A DNA stretch of 64,000 bases, taken from Hydrolagus colliei (Eukaryota). The stretch spans positions 2,232,001 through 2,296,000 of the forward strand of contig CM068769.1 of assembly GCA_035084275.1 (NCBI GenBank), given 5' to 3'. The notes under the pieces were generated by a model. It was not told the DNA's origin. It ran no database searches and saw only the letters and a program-made list of their open reading frames with translations. The translations under genes and the position numbers were made by a program. The stretch's first letter is position 1. Each line of letters opens with the position of its first letter. Positions 1 to 11,854 of this stretch are shown here, piece after piece.

Positions 1-836
1 ACGTCACTGTGTAGTTGACAGCACTGACAGCACTGACAGAGTTGACATGCACTGTGTGACTGAGCTCCTTCTGATGTCTGTATCTGCATGTTTCAGTGCA
101 ACATTTGGCCAAACCTTCGCCCTGCTGGGTCAATTTAAAGTCGTGACCCTGCAGTGAAGTTAGGACTGATACAAATGTTGTACAATTAATATTCAGGTTT
201 ATAAATTTCGGTTAATAATAGTTATAATAAATTAAACGTATTCTTTCCAAAAATGCTTACATATTTACACATGGCACACAATGTGTTGATCTATGTTGAA
301 CAAAAAAAGGGTCTGCTATGAGAGAGGTAGGGTAGTTCAGGTGGGGTGCTATACAAATGTAATATTGTTGTTGTTATTGTTTATTGGACAGTTTCTTTAC
401 TGCGGATTAGTTAGGAGTTTCGTTTTGGAAGAAATTTTGAATAACTTTGCGAGCTGGAGGTGAATATTTGCACATGCCTGGCAAACAGTACCAGAATTAT
501 TGTCCTTTACACGATTAGTCTACAGATAATATAATTTAAACATACATTGTATTTGCAAACTGACTTAAATGAATAGCATCTGGACCTGAAGGGCCTAACT
601 CGTTAACAACCTGCTGTCTCCATTTATTGTAAAGTATAATGAAGTGAGAGTTTAACTGACAAGCAGATTGGAAGGGAATGTGGTTTTCTCTGAGTCTGGC
701 TGCTGCAGTGTCTGCTCCCCGCACGCCCTCAATGCCTGACAAAGATTCAGCACATGTTTCAAACAGACATATCGTCCCCAATGTTTAATACGAAGACAGT
801 TTTTGTACGAGCCCTGCAGTGTAGTCAACCACAGTG

Positions 837-1623
837 GTGCGACTATAGGCACAGTAATACACTGCGCTGTCAGATACCAGCAGGTCAGAGATGGATAATC
901 TTGTGGAAGAACTAGATTTCTGTAGCTGAGCAGAGAAACGGTTTCCAAATTCTGTGCCTTTGACATGATCGTTATTCTGAGAATAGCTCCGGATTACAAA
1001 CTCTGGGTGTTTGTCTGGGTAATGTCTGTACCAGAAGAGAAAGTAATAGCTATTAGCCGTGGAGTATTTGCAAACCAAATCGACAGTATCTCCTTCTTTC
1101 TTAACCACCGTGGCAGCTTTCTGACTGACAGAATCGGCGTCACAGAGCTCTGTAATAAACGAGGGAAAGCATGGCTAAACATTCATGGAATCATAGAATC
1201 TTACGGCACAAAAGGAGGCCATTCGGCCCATCGAGTCTGTGTCGGCTCTTTGAGCAGAACAATTCAATCTCACTGTTCAGGTCTCTCTCCCCATAACTGG
1301 AAAAATGTCGTCCACAATTAAACATCTACGCCTCTTTTAAAATATAATTTGCATCGGCTTCCCACACCGTTTCAGGCAATGCATTCCAGATCCCAACAAC
1401 ACGATCAATGAAAAAACGTTTCCTCAACTCCCCTCTACTTAATTTAGAAAATAGTAGTTCATCTCAATTGCGGACTGATTGCTCTGTTCTCTCAGCTACA
1501 GGTCTCCTTCCAACAATTGTTGTTGATACGGAGCTGACAATCAGCAGCGACACTGAATTAGCTCAACACAATCTCACCTGCCGTAAAGGTTCCCAGCACT
1601 AGGCAGACAGCAAACAGCCTCAT
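837..1623 (-). CDS. TRAV/TRDV: TCR alpha/delta V segment V1, apparently intact
   Basis: Leader exon 1578-1623 (MRLFAVCLVLGTFTA, GTGAG donor). V exon 837-1149 with both Cys, WYRHYP and DSAVYYCAYS. RSS 798-836: CACTGTG-23bp-ACAAAAACT. Confidence 0.93.
1184..1445 (-). mobile_element. CR1-type LINE 3' fragment in the V1 intron
   Basis: Reverse complement of the CR1 3' end seen at 40830-40929 (tcatagaatc...ggaggccattcggcccatcgagtctgtg). An orthologous copy sits in the V4 intron (about 18175-18450) and a related copy at about 15345-15560. Confidence 0.7.
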
Positions 1624-1654
1624 TGCTGTTCCTCAGCCTTCGCTCTTGTGTCTG

Positions 1655-1662
1655 TGACATCA
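1655..1662. promoter_or_regulatory. CRE-like (TGACATCA) V promoter element
   Basis: About 30 bp upstream of the V1 ATG. CRE/ATF-like motifs also occur upstream of V3 (TGACGTCA 15116-15123), V7 (TGACGTCT 26877-26884) and V11 (45316-45323). CRE-like decamers are established TCR V promoter elements. Confidence 0.5.
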
Positions 1663-2530
1663 GTTTGTTGGAAACCAACAGCAATATGCATCGCTGGCAG
1701 ATCCCACAGTCCCGCGTCACCTCATTGACATCTCACACATGCTTCAACAACAGCAACGAATTGATTTTACCTCATTGACATCTCAGTTGCTTTTACATTG
1801 TGCAATACAACATTACTGTCTGTGTTATTGTGTTATTGTGGCCGGGGTGGGAGGAGTCATGGGCGGTTGGAAGGTGGGAGCAGGGAATCCTCCCACTCAG
1901 TAAACTTACAATCAAACCTGAACAATATACAGTCAATTCACTTAACCATATATATTCGAAGCGCGTTGGAACGTCGATATACTGTAAAAAGCGCTATCTT
2001 GCCTTTATAATCAAATGCAAGTATTATTCACATTATTCTAATCCAATAAATGATAGTCATGAACATCGGATTAGTTCACGTACACACAAATGGATAAAGC
2101 GTTTTTAATTTCACTCCAAGGAATGTTTTGTATTAATTCAAACACTTCCTCCATTTTATCGGTCAACGGCGGTTAGCACTTTTATTTAGATTGCTAAAAG
2201 TTGTAAATTTACATTGTTAATCCGTTCTAAGTTCTTCATTGATCCCCAGTGTTGATTTGCGCATTATTAAATTCCATAAACAGCAGTTTTAGAATAATCA
2301 TTCTTTGGTTTGTTAAAGTGAGGTTAAATAATTCCCTACATTAAGCCATGCGACTTGCTGTAGCCCTTGATTTATTGCATGTGGTTGGGAATTAATCACG
2401 TGGATATTCTGAGAGACACAGCAGCAAAGTCAAATAGGTCAACTGACAGTAATGACATCTGTGCTGTGAAACCCATTAAATCCTCTTTGTAGGTTTATGT
2501 ACGGTGTTGTAGCCTGAAAGTAACACTGTA

Positions 2531-2979
2531 CGAGTGATCCCACAATAGTATGTGGCTGAATCAGATAGAGCCGCAGCCAGCACAGTAACAGTGCATGTCT
2601 CGCTGGTCGTGTCCAAACTAGACGTGAAAAGACCTTCAGCTAATTCAGCTCTGAAAGTGTCCCCATCCTGATCGTGTCTCAGTGTGTACAAAGGAGGCAG
2701 GCCTGGATACTGACGGAACCAGTACATCAAAACACTGGCGAAACCAGCAGAGTAGTTCCATCTCAGGTTCATAGTCTGGCCTCCAGTGACAGACACTTCC
2801 CTCTGTGATGGTTCAACATAATCTCCATTCGCTGTGGCTGTAGCCAGAGATAACAAGTTATTCAATGCAACGCACTTACCAGAGATAAATCTCGAAATTG
2901 TCTTCGGAGCGAGAGTAAATTACTTACATAAAAGGACCAATAACATTGAAATATGCAAGGCAATGTGTTTACTCTCCAT
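2531..2979 (-). pseudogene. TRAV/TRDV: TCR V segment V2, open frame but defective
   Basis: Leader 2928-2979 (MESKHIALHISMLLVLL). V exon 2531-2837. First conserved Cys is TGG (LRW). RSS 2492-2530 is TACAGTG-23-ACATAAACC, with the essential first C of the heptamer lost. Confidence 0.88.
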
Positions 2980-3734
2980 GTTTCCAAGTGAGCAAGTAAA
3001 TCGATGGGAGCTTATTGTGATGAGAGATTGTGTACTGGATTGTGACACAAAGCAGAGTGAGGAGCAGTGTGGACCACAGCAATGATGGATACGCCTCTGT
3101 GTCAGTCGATTATAGTTACAACCCCCACCACCGCATTTTTGAAACCTAAGTCTTCAGATGACGCTTCGATCGTGTCTTCTGTTGCCCTCTCAACTCTCTC
3201 CACCTGCACCTCCCAACTCTCTCCCCTCTTCTTCCAGCTCTCTCGCCCTCCTCTTCCAAATCTCTCCCTCTCTCCCCTCTCGACTCCCAACTCTCTCTCC
3301 CCCTCCACTCAACTCTCTCCCTCCACTCCCAACTCTCGCCCTACCACTTCTCCCCCATTCATCAAAAATCTCTCCCTACCATCACAACTCTCTCCACCTC
3401 ACCCCCAAATCTCTCCCTCCCCTCGCATCTCTCTCGCTTCTCTCTCAACTGTCCAACACTGCATTTACATGTGCCATCGACGTGAAATATGTTATATGAA
3501 TGTAATTTTATTATTGTTGTTGCTTTATCTTAATATTGAAAGAAGTGCATGATCATCAAATTAACATTAATGCTTTCATTTCTCTTATCGCCATATCACA
3601 TCTTTGATATGATTCACAGTACCTCACAGAATATATCATAATTTTATTGCACTACATTTTGTCTGGAAATGTGGCAACCAGCTGAGTACTGGTGTTCAAA
3701 AAGCAGTCGTAGATTTTGTCATTTAAGCTTTTAT

Positions 3735-4510
3735 ATGGGATTACAAGGCTTGCGTTCGATATAGCGCTTTCAACAACTTCTCAAATACGTCTCAAAGCGT
3801 TTCACAGATTTCACGTCAGGAGAAAGTGCCAAGTCTCTGAAAAGTTGCTGCTTCAGGCACGAGCTGAGGACGGGGTGGGAAGGGGGGGGGAGCATAGGAG
3901 GTGTTATCGAAGTGGAAATTCTTGGGGCGACAATCGAAGGCGAAGAGGGAGACGCTGTAATGCCCTCATACCAAAATTAAAGATTACTATTGGTTCCTCG
4001 TCTCTTTCACTATGTTACAACACAGTTTTTTTAATATATTGATCGAACACCCTTCACGTCGGTAGGACGTCCCAAGACGCTTAACCGATAAGCCCGGACC
4101 CGAGCGGAAGAGGGTTTGTGGTGATTCAGTGCAGGAGAAATGAAAGTAAGCGAGCGGGGAGAGTAAGGAGTGGACCACAAGGCACATTCGACGAGGAAGT
4201 TCGTGAGACCGACCTTGAAGTAGGAACGGGAGGAAGTGAGGCGAAGGGATTGCGGGTTGAAGTTCCACAGTTTGTGGGCAGAGAGCCTGAAAGCCCGTCC
4301 AACGATGGTAGGGCGATTCGGGCGGGGATCGTGGAGCCGGGCAGAGCCCGCTGAATGGAGGTGACCAGTAGGTTCGCAGGGAGACAGCAGGTCAGAGTGA
4401 AAGGCGTGTGCAAGTTTGTGAATGGCCTTGAAAGTGAGGACGAAGATCTTGAATTTGACCCTCTGGGTCAAATTCTAGCTGGGTCTCCCCATCGGGTGCC
4501 AGTGGAGAAC
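3735..4510 (-). mobile_element. Two L2-type LINE 3' fragments
   Basis: ORF 4031-4471 (RVKFKIFVLTFKAIHKLA...) matches the C-terminal region of the L2 ORF2 at 34.6-35.1 kb. A second tail lies at about 3735-3950. Confidence 0.7.
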
Positions 4511-7076
4511 TAGCTAGCATTCGAATGTTAACTAAACGTTGCCTGAACGTCTGCTGGAAGTCGAACGTCCAATGTTCGCAGTCAACGTTCGCTGAACGTT
4601 CAGAGAACAACTTTCACCAGCGAAACGTAAATTTCATCTGCTTTCAATTTTTATTGATTGTCTATTCTTTTTACTTAAGCATGATGTGTCACTGTTGACT
4701 GAATGGCAGTTTTAGAATTTGATTTAGTTTTTGTTGATACGTTGCCTGAACGTTGCAAGAACGTTGTCTGAACGTTGCCTGAACGTTGTCTGAACGTTGT
4801 GCCTCATGTTAATAGCCTTGATATTGTTAAATAGTCTTGATTTGTTTGTGTGTGTGTGTTTGCAATAACATTGAATTACAACTTCAATGTTAGGATGTAG
4901 AGGTCATTTTGTATTTTTTCTTCATATTTTCCATAGTTTTGGGGACCAATGAAAAAGCAACGGCTGGACGTTCAGTGAACGTTCAGTTGACTATGTGTGG
5001 TTACTTTTCCCACTACTCGGAAAATAAAAAATCCCCACGAGCCGATTGTTGACCAGCAGGAATAATTGTCCGCGTGTGCCAACGAATGATGTCCTCTTTC
5101 ATGCTATTCGCGTTGGTCAAGCGTGTTTCCGGAGGAGGCTGTAATTTATGTTTAAATCTTGAATAAATTTATGCAACTTTTCCGGAGTTATTGATTTTAT
5201 TATAATTGCCACTAGAACATTAATGTTTTATTAAGATTTATAATTTTATCGACTTACACTGGAGGAAACGAGCGCGGCTGCGCCCGCGGCCGATTACCGC
5301 TATTTTCCTATAACAGTTACATTCAGAGTTTGCCACTTGGACGGAAAAAACCGGCCAAATTCGAGAAATCAGGCCTCACACAATTTCGTATGTCCGTGAA
5401 AAAAACTTTCTTACGGCGAAATTGATTTGGCCCTTTAACATTTGTTTGGCCGTGAAATGATTTTCTTTGGGTTTTCAGTGTTTATTTATTCATTCTTTCT
5501 CTATTTGTTTTATGACAGGCAGATGCCGCAGAAAAAAACTGAAAGCCATTGTAACTCTTCCGAAAAATATGGGGGGAGTCGTTGTCGAGCGTTGTTCTCG
5601 AGTTATGAGTCCAACGCATAGGAACTTCATTTTCGACCTCCCCATAGTGTTGCAATTAGTACATACGCGCGTGCGCACACATTATACTAGTACATGTATA
5701 CGTATACATACGAGCGCGCACACACACACATTATACTAGTACACGGGCGCGCATCGACCAAAAAACTCAGGTCGTGATTTGGCCGTGCCACGTGCCGCGC
5801 CGGACGTGAGTCGAAGTAGTCGTGGCCGCGCGCTCTCTGCCACATTAACAGGCCAGTACACAGGATTCTTAATGGGGGGTGCGAATTGCTAGTGAAGGGA
5901 CCAACAATGGCCGGGGGCTTGGGGGCTGCCGACGAAGCCCCCTTGAGGCTCCGATGTTTTACACAGTTTGAGTCAGGCCCGTACGCAGGGGGCGGGGGAT
6001 GCGACGGGTGAGTACGCACCCCTCCATATTATAAACGGTCCACATTTTCCGGGGTAGAGAATTTTATTTTTATCAAATTTAAATACCAAGTAAATTTATT
6101 GAGCATTTGTGCTACAATTAATTCTTCAAAACGATGTATTACTTATAAATACACATCTTTGAATGTTTTAGTATCAATATAAAATTACTCACTCACCAGA
6201 ATCGGCGTCTACCCAAAACATACCGCGTCAATAGACGCGCTAGTCAATGATGCGGCGAGTCTGTGACTCACCGCGTAAACATAGGCGCGCGCCAAACTCA
6301 AATCCATCCTCGTTTGGAAATCATCCCGTATACAGACACAAAGGTAGCACCACTTCTGGAAGTTAAAATCATCTTTTCATCTGATCACCGTAAGTAAAAA
6401 TTACTCAAGTTTTGAGAGGTGTGACTGTAAGATTAGGAAACAATGACAACATATTTACAAGCTTCTGAGAAATCAAAGCTTTTGAGAACCCACCAAAAAA
6501 GTTATATGTGTATACGGGAATGCCTATCTTTAAAAAAAATACTCATGGACGTAGGCCTATGATTTAGCGCCTATGTCTACCTGGTGTGTCAATTGGAAAT
6601 CATCCCGTATACAATCACTACACAAAAAGGTAGCACCACTTTGTGGAAGCTGAAATCATATTTTAATCTGATAAATGTAAGTAAAAATGACTTAAGTTTT
6701 GATAGGCGTGTTTGTGAAATATCATGTTTCTTGTTTTGTCTTGATTATCGCATTTGATTTATATTATTGAAAATGTATTCCTGTAATTAAAAATTGCATT
6801 TAGAGACGTCCACTGCCATGCAAAAACATATGACCGCAAAGATAAATACCTATAGCTACTTTATTTCACATTCAATTTTGTACCCAGAGTGAAGCAATTT
6901 TTAACCAGATTAATCTTCATATCATGCTCAAATTGTTTTTTAATTGTTTCCTCGGGGATATTTTTACCTTTTTACCACTTGCGGCCTCTTTACCAGACGA
7001 GGGCCTTATTTACCGGTGCAATTTTACCTACATTCCAAAAACATCAATGTCGCACGAATTTGGCCTAAAAATAGTT

Positions 7077-7375
7077 TCATCATCATCTGATCGAGCGAAC
7101 TCGGGCATTGACAACCACACTTCACCACTGATCCGTTTTCTCCATGCAGCCTGACAAATCCCGCCTGCCAATACTCGAATAGCGTCCAGATTATCGATGT
7201 AGGTTAGGGCCGGTCAACCTCGTATTCTGTGACCGTGCAATGGTTCCCATAGGATAGCACTATGGACAGTTTCCTCACGGCTTCTCCAGCTATGTCCGCT
7301 AAACCTAAGACGCCTCTGCAGTAATGACTGTGATACCAGTGTGGTAGTGTACCATATAGCTCACTATTTGTCAGA
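7077..7375 (-). mobile_element. RTE-clade LINE 3' fragment, mirrored at 9181-9394 (+)
   Basis: The mirror copy encodes ILWEPLHGHRTRGRPALTYIDTL and ends in (GAT)n. Its presence in both palindrome arms means it predates the fold-back. Confidence 0.65.
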
Positions 7376-7708
7376 TTCATTAGATGCTGCCTTTTGCATT
7401 CACTGTGCAATGATGGTCCAAAACAAGTGAGAGGAAACGGATGGGGGCATTTGTTGATGCACCCTTTGCCATGTTCTACAAACTAAACGAGAAGGCGAAG
7501 GAACATGAACGAAATGGTTATCACGTATATTCTACGATTAGATCGGCATCAATGCGCGACTCTGTTGCGAACTCACAACATAAGATAGACATTCGTTTGG
7601 TCGATGAAAAGAAGTAAAACATTGAAAGAAATCCACGTATCATAAGAACAGTTGCCGACGCTGTATTATTCTGTGGACGTCAGTGCATTGCATTTACAGG
7701 AGATAATG

Positions 7709-7816
7709 GGATTGAATCGCTCTTTTCAAAGAGCCGGCACAGACTAGATGGGCCGAATGGCCTCCTTTTGTGCCGTAAAATTCTATGATTCTATGATTCT
7801 ATGATTCCATGATTCT
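7709..7816 (+). mobile_element. CR1 3' tail inserted in the left palindrome arm only
   Basis: (CTATGATT)n tail flanked by duplicated ATAATG (7703-7708, 7817-7822). Absent from the right arm. Confidence 0.8.
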
Positions 7817-7830
7817 ATAATGAAAGATTC

Positions 7831-8223
7831 GTGGAAAGTAACACCCTTACGAGTGACGTCACACAAAACAATGGTAATCCGGGAAACATTGTGGCAGCCC
7901 TACAGATGATTGCGAAGCATAACGAGGTTCTTCGACATCACCTTGCTAGTATTGGACTCGCAAATAGGAATTCTAAATATACCTCACCTAGAATACAGAA
8001 CGATATCATCACAATAATCGGCCATGATATAATCCGCAGTGATTTGATTGATGAAATCATCAAAGCTGCTCGATGGTTTTGTGTACTTGCTGATGAGCTA
8101 AGCACGCACTTTGTTTCCGTTTCGTTGACAGAAATAAAGATATCAGGGAGGAATTTCTGTATTTTCTTAAATTGCCTAGGATCAACGGTGAAGTCATCGC
8201 CAGTACCATCTTGGACTTTCTAA
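7831..8223 (+). pseudogene. hAT transposase fragment (left arm)
   Basis: GNPGNIVAALQMIAKHNEVLRHHL...YTSPRIQNDII...WFCVLADE. The upstream part is disrupted by a stop and a CR1 insertion. Confidence 0.8.
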
Positions 8224-8450
8224 AGATGACGGGCTTTGAAGCTACTAACATCAGTGGACAAGGCTATAACGGAGACCGTCATCTTTGGAAAGATAAGGAC
8301 ATTCTAAAGATGACGGGCCTTACCTTTAGAAAGATGAGGCCTTTCTAAAGATGACGGGACTAACCTTTAGAAAGATAAGGCCTTTCTAAAGATGACGGGC
8401 TCCGTCATAGCCTTGTCCACGCATGTTAGCAGCATCAAGGCCCGTCATCT

Positions 8451-9143
8451 TTAGAAAGTCCAGGAGGGTAATGGCGATGACTTCACCGGTGATCCTCGAC
8501 AATTTAAGAAAAGACAGAAAATCCTTCCTGATATCTTTATTTCTGTCATCGAAACGGAAACAAAGGGCGAGCTCAGCGCATCAGGAAGTACACTAAACCA
8601 TCGAGCAGCTTTGATTTCATCAATCAAATCACTGCGGATTATATCATGGCCGATGATTGTTAAGATATCGTTCTGTATTCTAGGTAAGGTATATTTAGAA
8701 TTCCTATTTGCGAGCCCAATACTTGCAAGGTGATGTCGAAGAACCTCGTCATGCTTCGCAATCATCTGTAGGGCTGCCAGAAAGTTTCCCGGATTACCAT
8801 TGTATTGTGTGACGTCACTCGTAAGGGTGTTACTTTCCACGACTCTTTCATTATCTCCTGTAAGTGCAATGAACTGACGTCCGCAGAATAATACAGCTTC
8901 GGCAACTGTTCTTATGATATGTCGAATTCTTTCAATGTTTTTCTTCTTTTCATCGACCAAACGAATGTCTATGTTATGTTGTGGGTTCGCAACAGAGTCG
9001 CGCATTGATGCAGATCTAATCATAGAATTTACGTGACAACCATTTCGTTCATGTTCCTTCGCCTTCTCGTTTTGTTTGTAGAACATGGTAAATGGTGTAT
9101 TAAAAAATGCCCCCATCCTTTTCCTCTCACTTTTTTGGACCAT
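8451..9143 (-). pseudogene. hAT transposase fragment (right arm)
   Basis: 230-aa ORF with FCGRQFIALTGDNE and GNPGNFLAAL. The adjacent frame continues LDFLKMTGLDAANMRGQGYDGA, where it is truncated. Confidence 0.85.
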
Positions 9144-11802
9144 CAGTGCACAGTGAATGCAAAAGGCAGAATCTCATGAAGGACTGTAGACCATCCATTG
9201 GCTGTCCATAGTGCTATCCTATGGGAACCATTGCACGGTCACAGAACACGAGGTAGACCGGCCCTAACCTACATCGATACTCTGGAGCGCGATTCGTGTA
9301 CTGGCAGGCGGGAGTTGTCAGGCTTCATGGAGAGAAGGGATCAGTGGAGAATTGTGGTTGTCAATGCCCGAGTTCGCTCGATCTGATGATGATGAAACTA
9401 TTTTTAGGCCAAATTCGTGCGCCATTGATGTTTTTGGAATGTATGTAAAATTGCTCCGCTAAATAAGACCCTCATCTGGTAGAGATGCCGAAAGTGGTAA
9501 AAAGGTAACAATAGCACCGAGGAAACAATTTAAAAAAGTTGAACATTATATGATTATTAATCTGGTTAAAAATAGCTTCACTCTGCGTACAGAATTGAAT
9601 GGGAAGTAAAGTAGCACACTTTATCTTTGCGGTCATATGTTTTTTACAGGACAGTGGATGTCTCTAAAAGCAATTTTTAAGTACAGCAATACATTTTTAA
9701 TAATATAAATCAAATGTGATAATCAAGCAAAACAAGAAACATGATATTTCAGAAACACGCCTATCAAAACTTCAGTCATTTTTACTTACATTTAGCAGAT
9801 TAAAATATGATTTCAGCTTCCACAAAGTGGTGCTACCTGTTTATGTAGTGACGGTATACGGGATGATTTCCAATTGACACACCACGTAGACATAGGCGCT
9901 AAAGCATAGGCCATGAGTATTGATTTTAAAGATAGGCAATCCCGTCCAGACACATGTAACTTTTTTGTTGGGTTCTCAAAAGCTTTAATTTCTCAGAAGT
10001 TTGTAAATATGTTGTCATTGTTTGCTAGCATTACAGTCACACCTCTCAAAACTTGAGTAATTTTTACTTACGGTGATCAAATGAAAAGATGATTTTAACT
10101 GCCAGAAGTGGTGCTACCTTTGTGTCTGTATATGGGATGGTTTCCAAACGAGGATGGATTTTAGTCTTGGCGCGCGCCTGTGTTTATGCGGTGAGTCACA
10201 GACTCACCGCGTCATTGACTAGCGCGTTTATCGACGCGGTATGTTTTGGGTAGACGCCGATTCTGGTGTGCGAGTAATTTTATATTAATACTAAAACATT
10301 CAAAGATGTGTATTTATAAGCAATACATAGTTTTTAAGAATTAATTGTTACTCAAATGCTCAATAAATTTACTCGGTATTTAAATTTGATAAAAATACAA
10401 TTCTCTACCACCGAAAATGTGGACCTTTTACAATTTGGGGGTTGCGTACTCACCCGTCGCACACCCCCTGCGTACGGGCCTGATTATTACTGCTTAACTA
10501 ATCCTGATGAATACTGGTTACTGAGCTCCCGACGTGAAAGACGCTCTATATATGTAATTTGTTCTTGTTGTTATTTGTTGTCAGTGCCACCAAATTCCTG
10601 CCAAATTCGTTATACCGAACATGTTCAGCGATAATTCCGTAAGTTACCGATTGTGCATGATTACACATGTTCTGTTATTTATGGTAGATTGGCATTCATA
10701 AAATAATTCATGTATAAAATCACTGCTTTCTCGCAAACCATCCCACACGTGTCCGTTATTAAAATTAAAATGGAGACAAATTTCAGATCCATGTCAAGAT
10801 GGACTCGGTGGAGGCACACGTGCCTTGCTGCCAAGAGGAATTTTGACAATATTGATGATGGTGATGAACTTCAACATGTTGCAGAACAAGGTCATGAAAA
10901 GGATTTGGGCAATGACGAATCAATGCATAGGGCTATAGGCCTATTTGTTGAAGGAAGTGAAAATATTGAAGTGTTGGTGGCTGAAAATTCTGTCTCTGAT
11001 GATAGTGTCAGTCATGCTCTGGATATTGAAACTGATGCCATAATGAAGCAAATCTTGTGGTTGATGGATATTAACAGAATTTCACCTTTCTTGGATTTTC
11101 TAGTTTGGGAGAAAATACTACCAATTAAAGCATTGTCTACATGCACGCTAAATATTTTGGCTCATTTTGAAACAATTTTGAGATGTTTTCTACAGGAAAA
11201 TGTTAGATATTTAAGCATTTAAAAATTCAATTTGTGTTTGATCATTTGCATAGCGATTGTTAAGATCACACTCATTGTAATGATGTCAAAATTTATCAAC
11301 AAATGATGAAAAACATCAAGAAGTTTTCAATTATTTCATTAGTAATGTATATTTTGCTTTGAAGTCTGTTTCTGTCTTGTTGTTAACCCTATCTAGTCCA
11401 AACCGCAGGACAAAACAAAACAAAAAATACGCAAGAACACACACACACAAATCATTTTTTTTTGGTTTTTCAAGGCCATTTTTTTGCATGAAACATGATG
11501 TTTCGGGCTTTTATGTTTGCTGGATATTCGCTTAACGTTGGTTAAACATTAAATGGCATGTTTGGCAAACGTTCAGTGAACGTTAACATGACGTCATCCC
11601 GGAACGTTCAGTGAACGTTATTCCAGGGTGCAAATTGACGTTCAGTGAACATTGTAAGACGCCGTTCACCAAACGACCCGCTCAACGTTTGCTGAACGTC
11701 GGTTGAACATTGAATGTTAGCTGCGGTCGGGCAAGGGTGAGAGTGATGTGATTGCAGCGATGCATCCAGAATTTGTTTCAATGGCGAGAGTAGGTTACTT
11801 CC

Positions 11803-11854
11803 ATACAAGGACCAATAAAATTGAAATGAGCAAAGCAAAGTGTTTACTCTCGAT
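11803..11854 (-). pseudogene. Orphan leader exon of the V2/V5 family, V exon missing
   Basis: Aligns with the V2 leader and upstream promoter region. ATG is ATC and the donor GT is GG. The intron remnant runs into the AACGTT element. Confidence 0.75.

Larger units (their letters stand above)
5974..10482. mobile_element. Fold-back (head-to-head) hAT transposon derivative forming a 4.5-kb imperfect palindrome
   Basis: Both ends read CAGGCCCGTACGCAGGGGG inward, and the arms are inverted homologues throughout. Each arm carries a truncated hAT transposase of the DUF4371/THAP12/ZMYM1-like type (FCGRQ, NPGNF, IQND, FSVLADE, RGQGYDGA). Confidence 0.85.
4510..11715. mobile_element. Putative CMC/EnSpm-like DNA transposon remnant with AACGTT-rich subterminal repeats, hosting nested insertions
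   Basis: Clusters of (TG)AACGTT repeats at 4510-4990 and 11570-11715. Imperfect inverted termini (gctagcattcgaatgttaac vs reverse complement gctaacattcaatgttcaac). Superfamily assignment is inferred from terminal/subterminal architecture only. Confidence 0.45.

Noticed and set aside
1-170. Two CACTGTG heptamer-like words at 5-11 and 50-56 suggesting a D segment or V end
   Set aside because: No nonamer at 12 or 23 bp and no V-like frame. More likely promoter DNA of the next V gene outside the window.
830-870. V1/V4 heptamer reads CACAGTG on the plus strand, suggesting a bidirectional RSS
   Set aside because: No nonamer-like sequence 12 or 23 bp into the V exon.
5650-5760. Alternating purine-pyrimidine palindromes with repeated ttatactagtac (Helitron-like end or Z-DNA)
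   Set aside because: Too short and ambiguous to assign. Lies inside a nest of transposon fragments.
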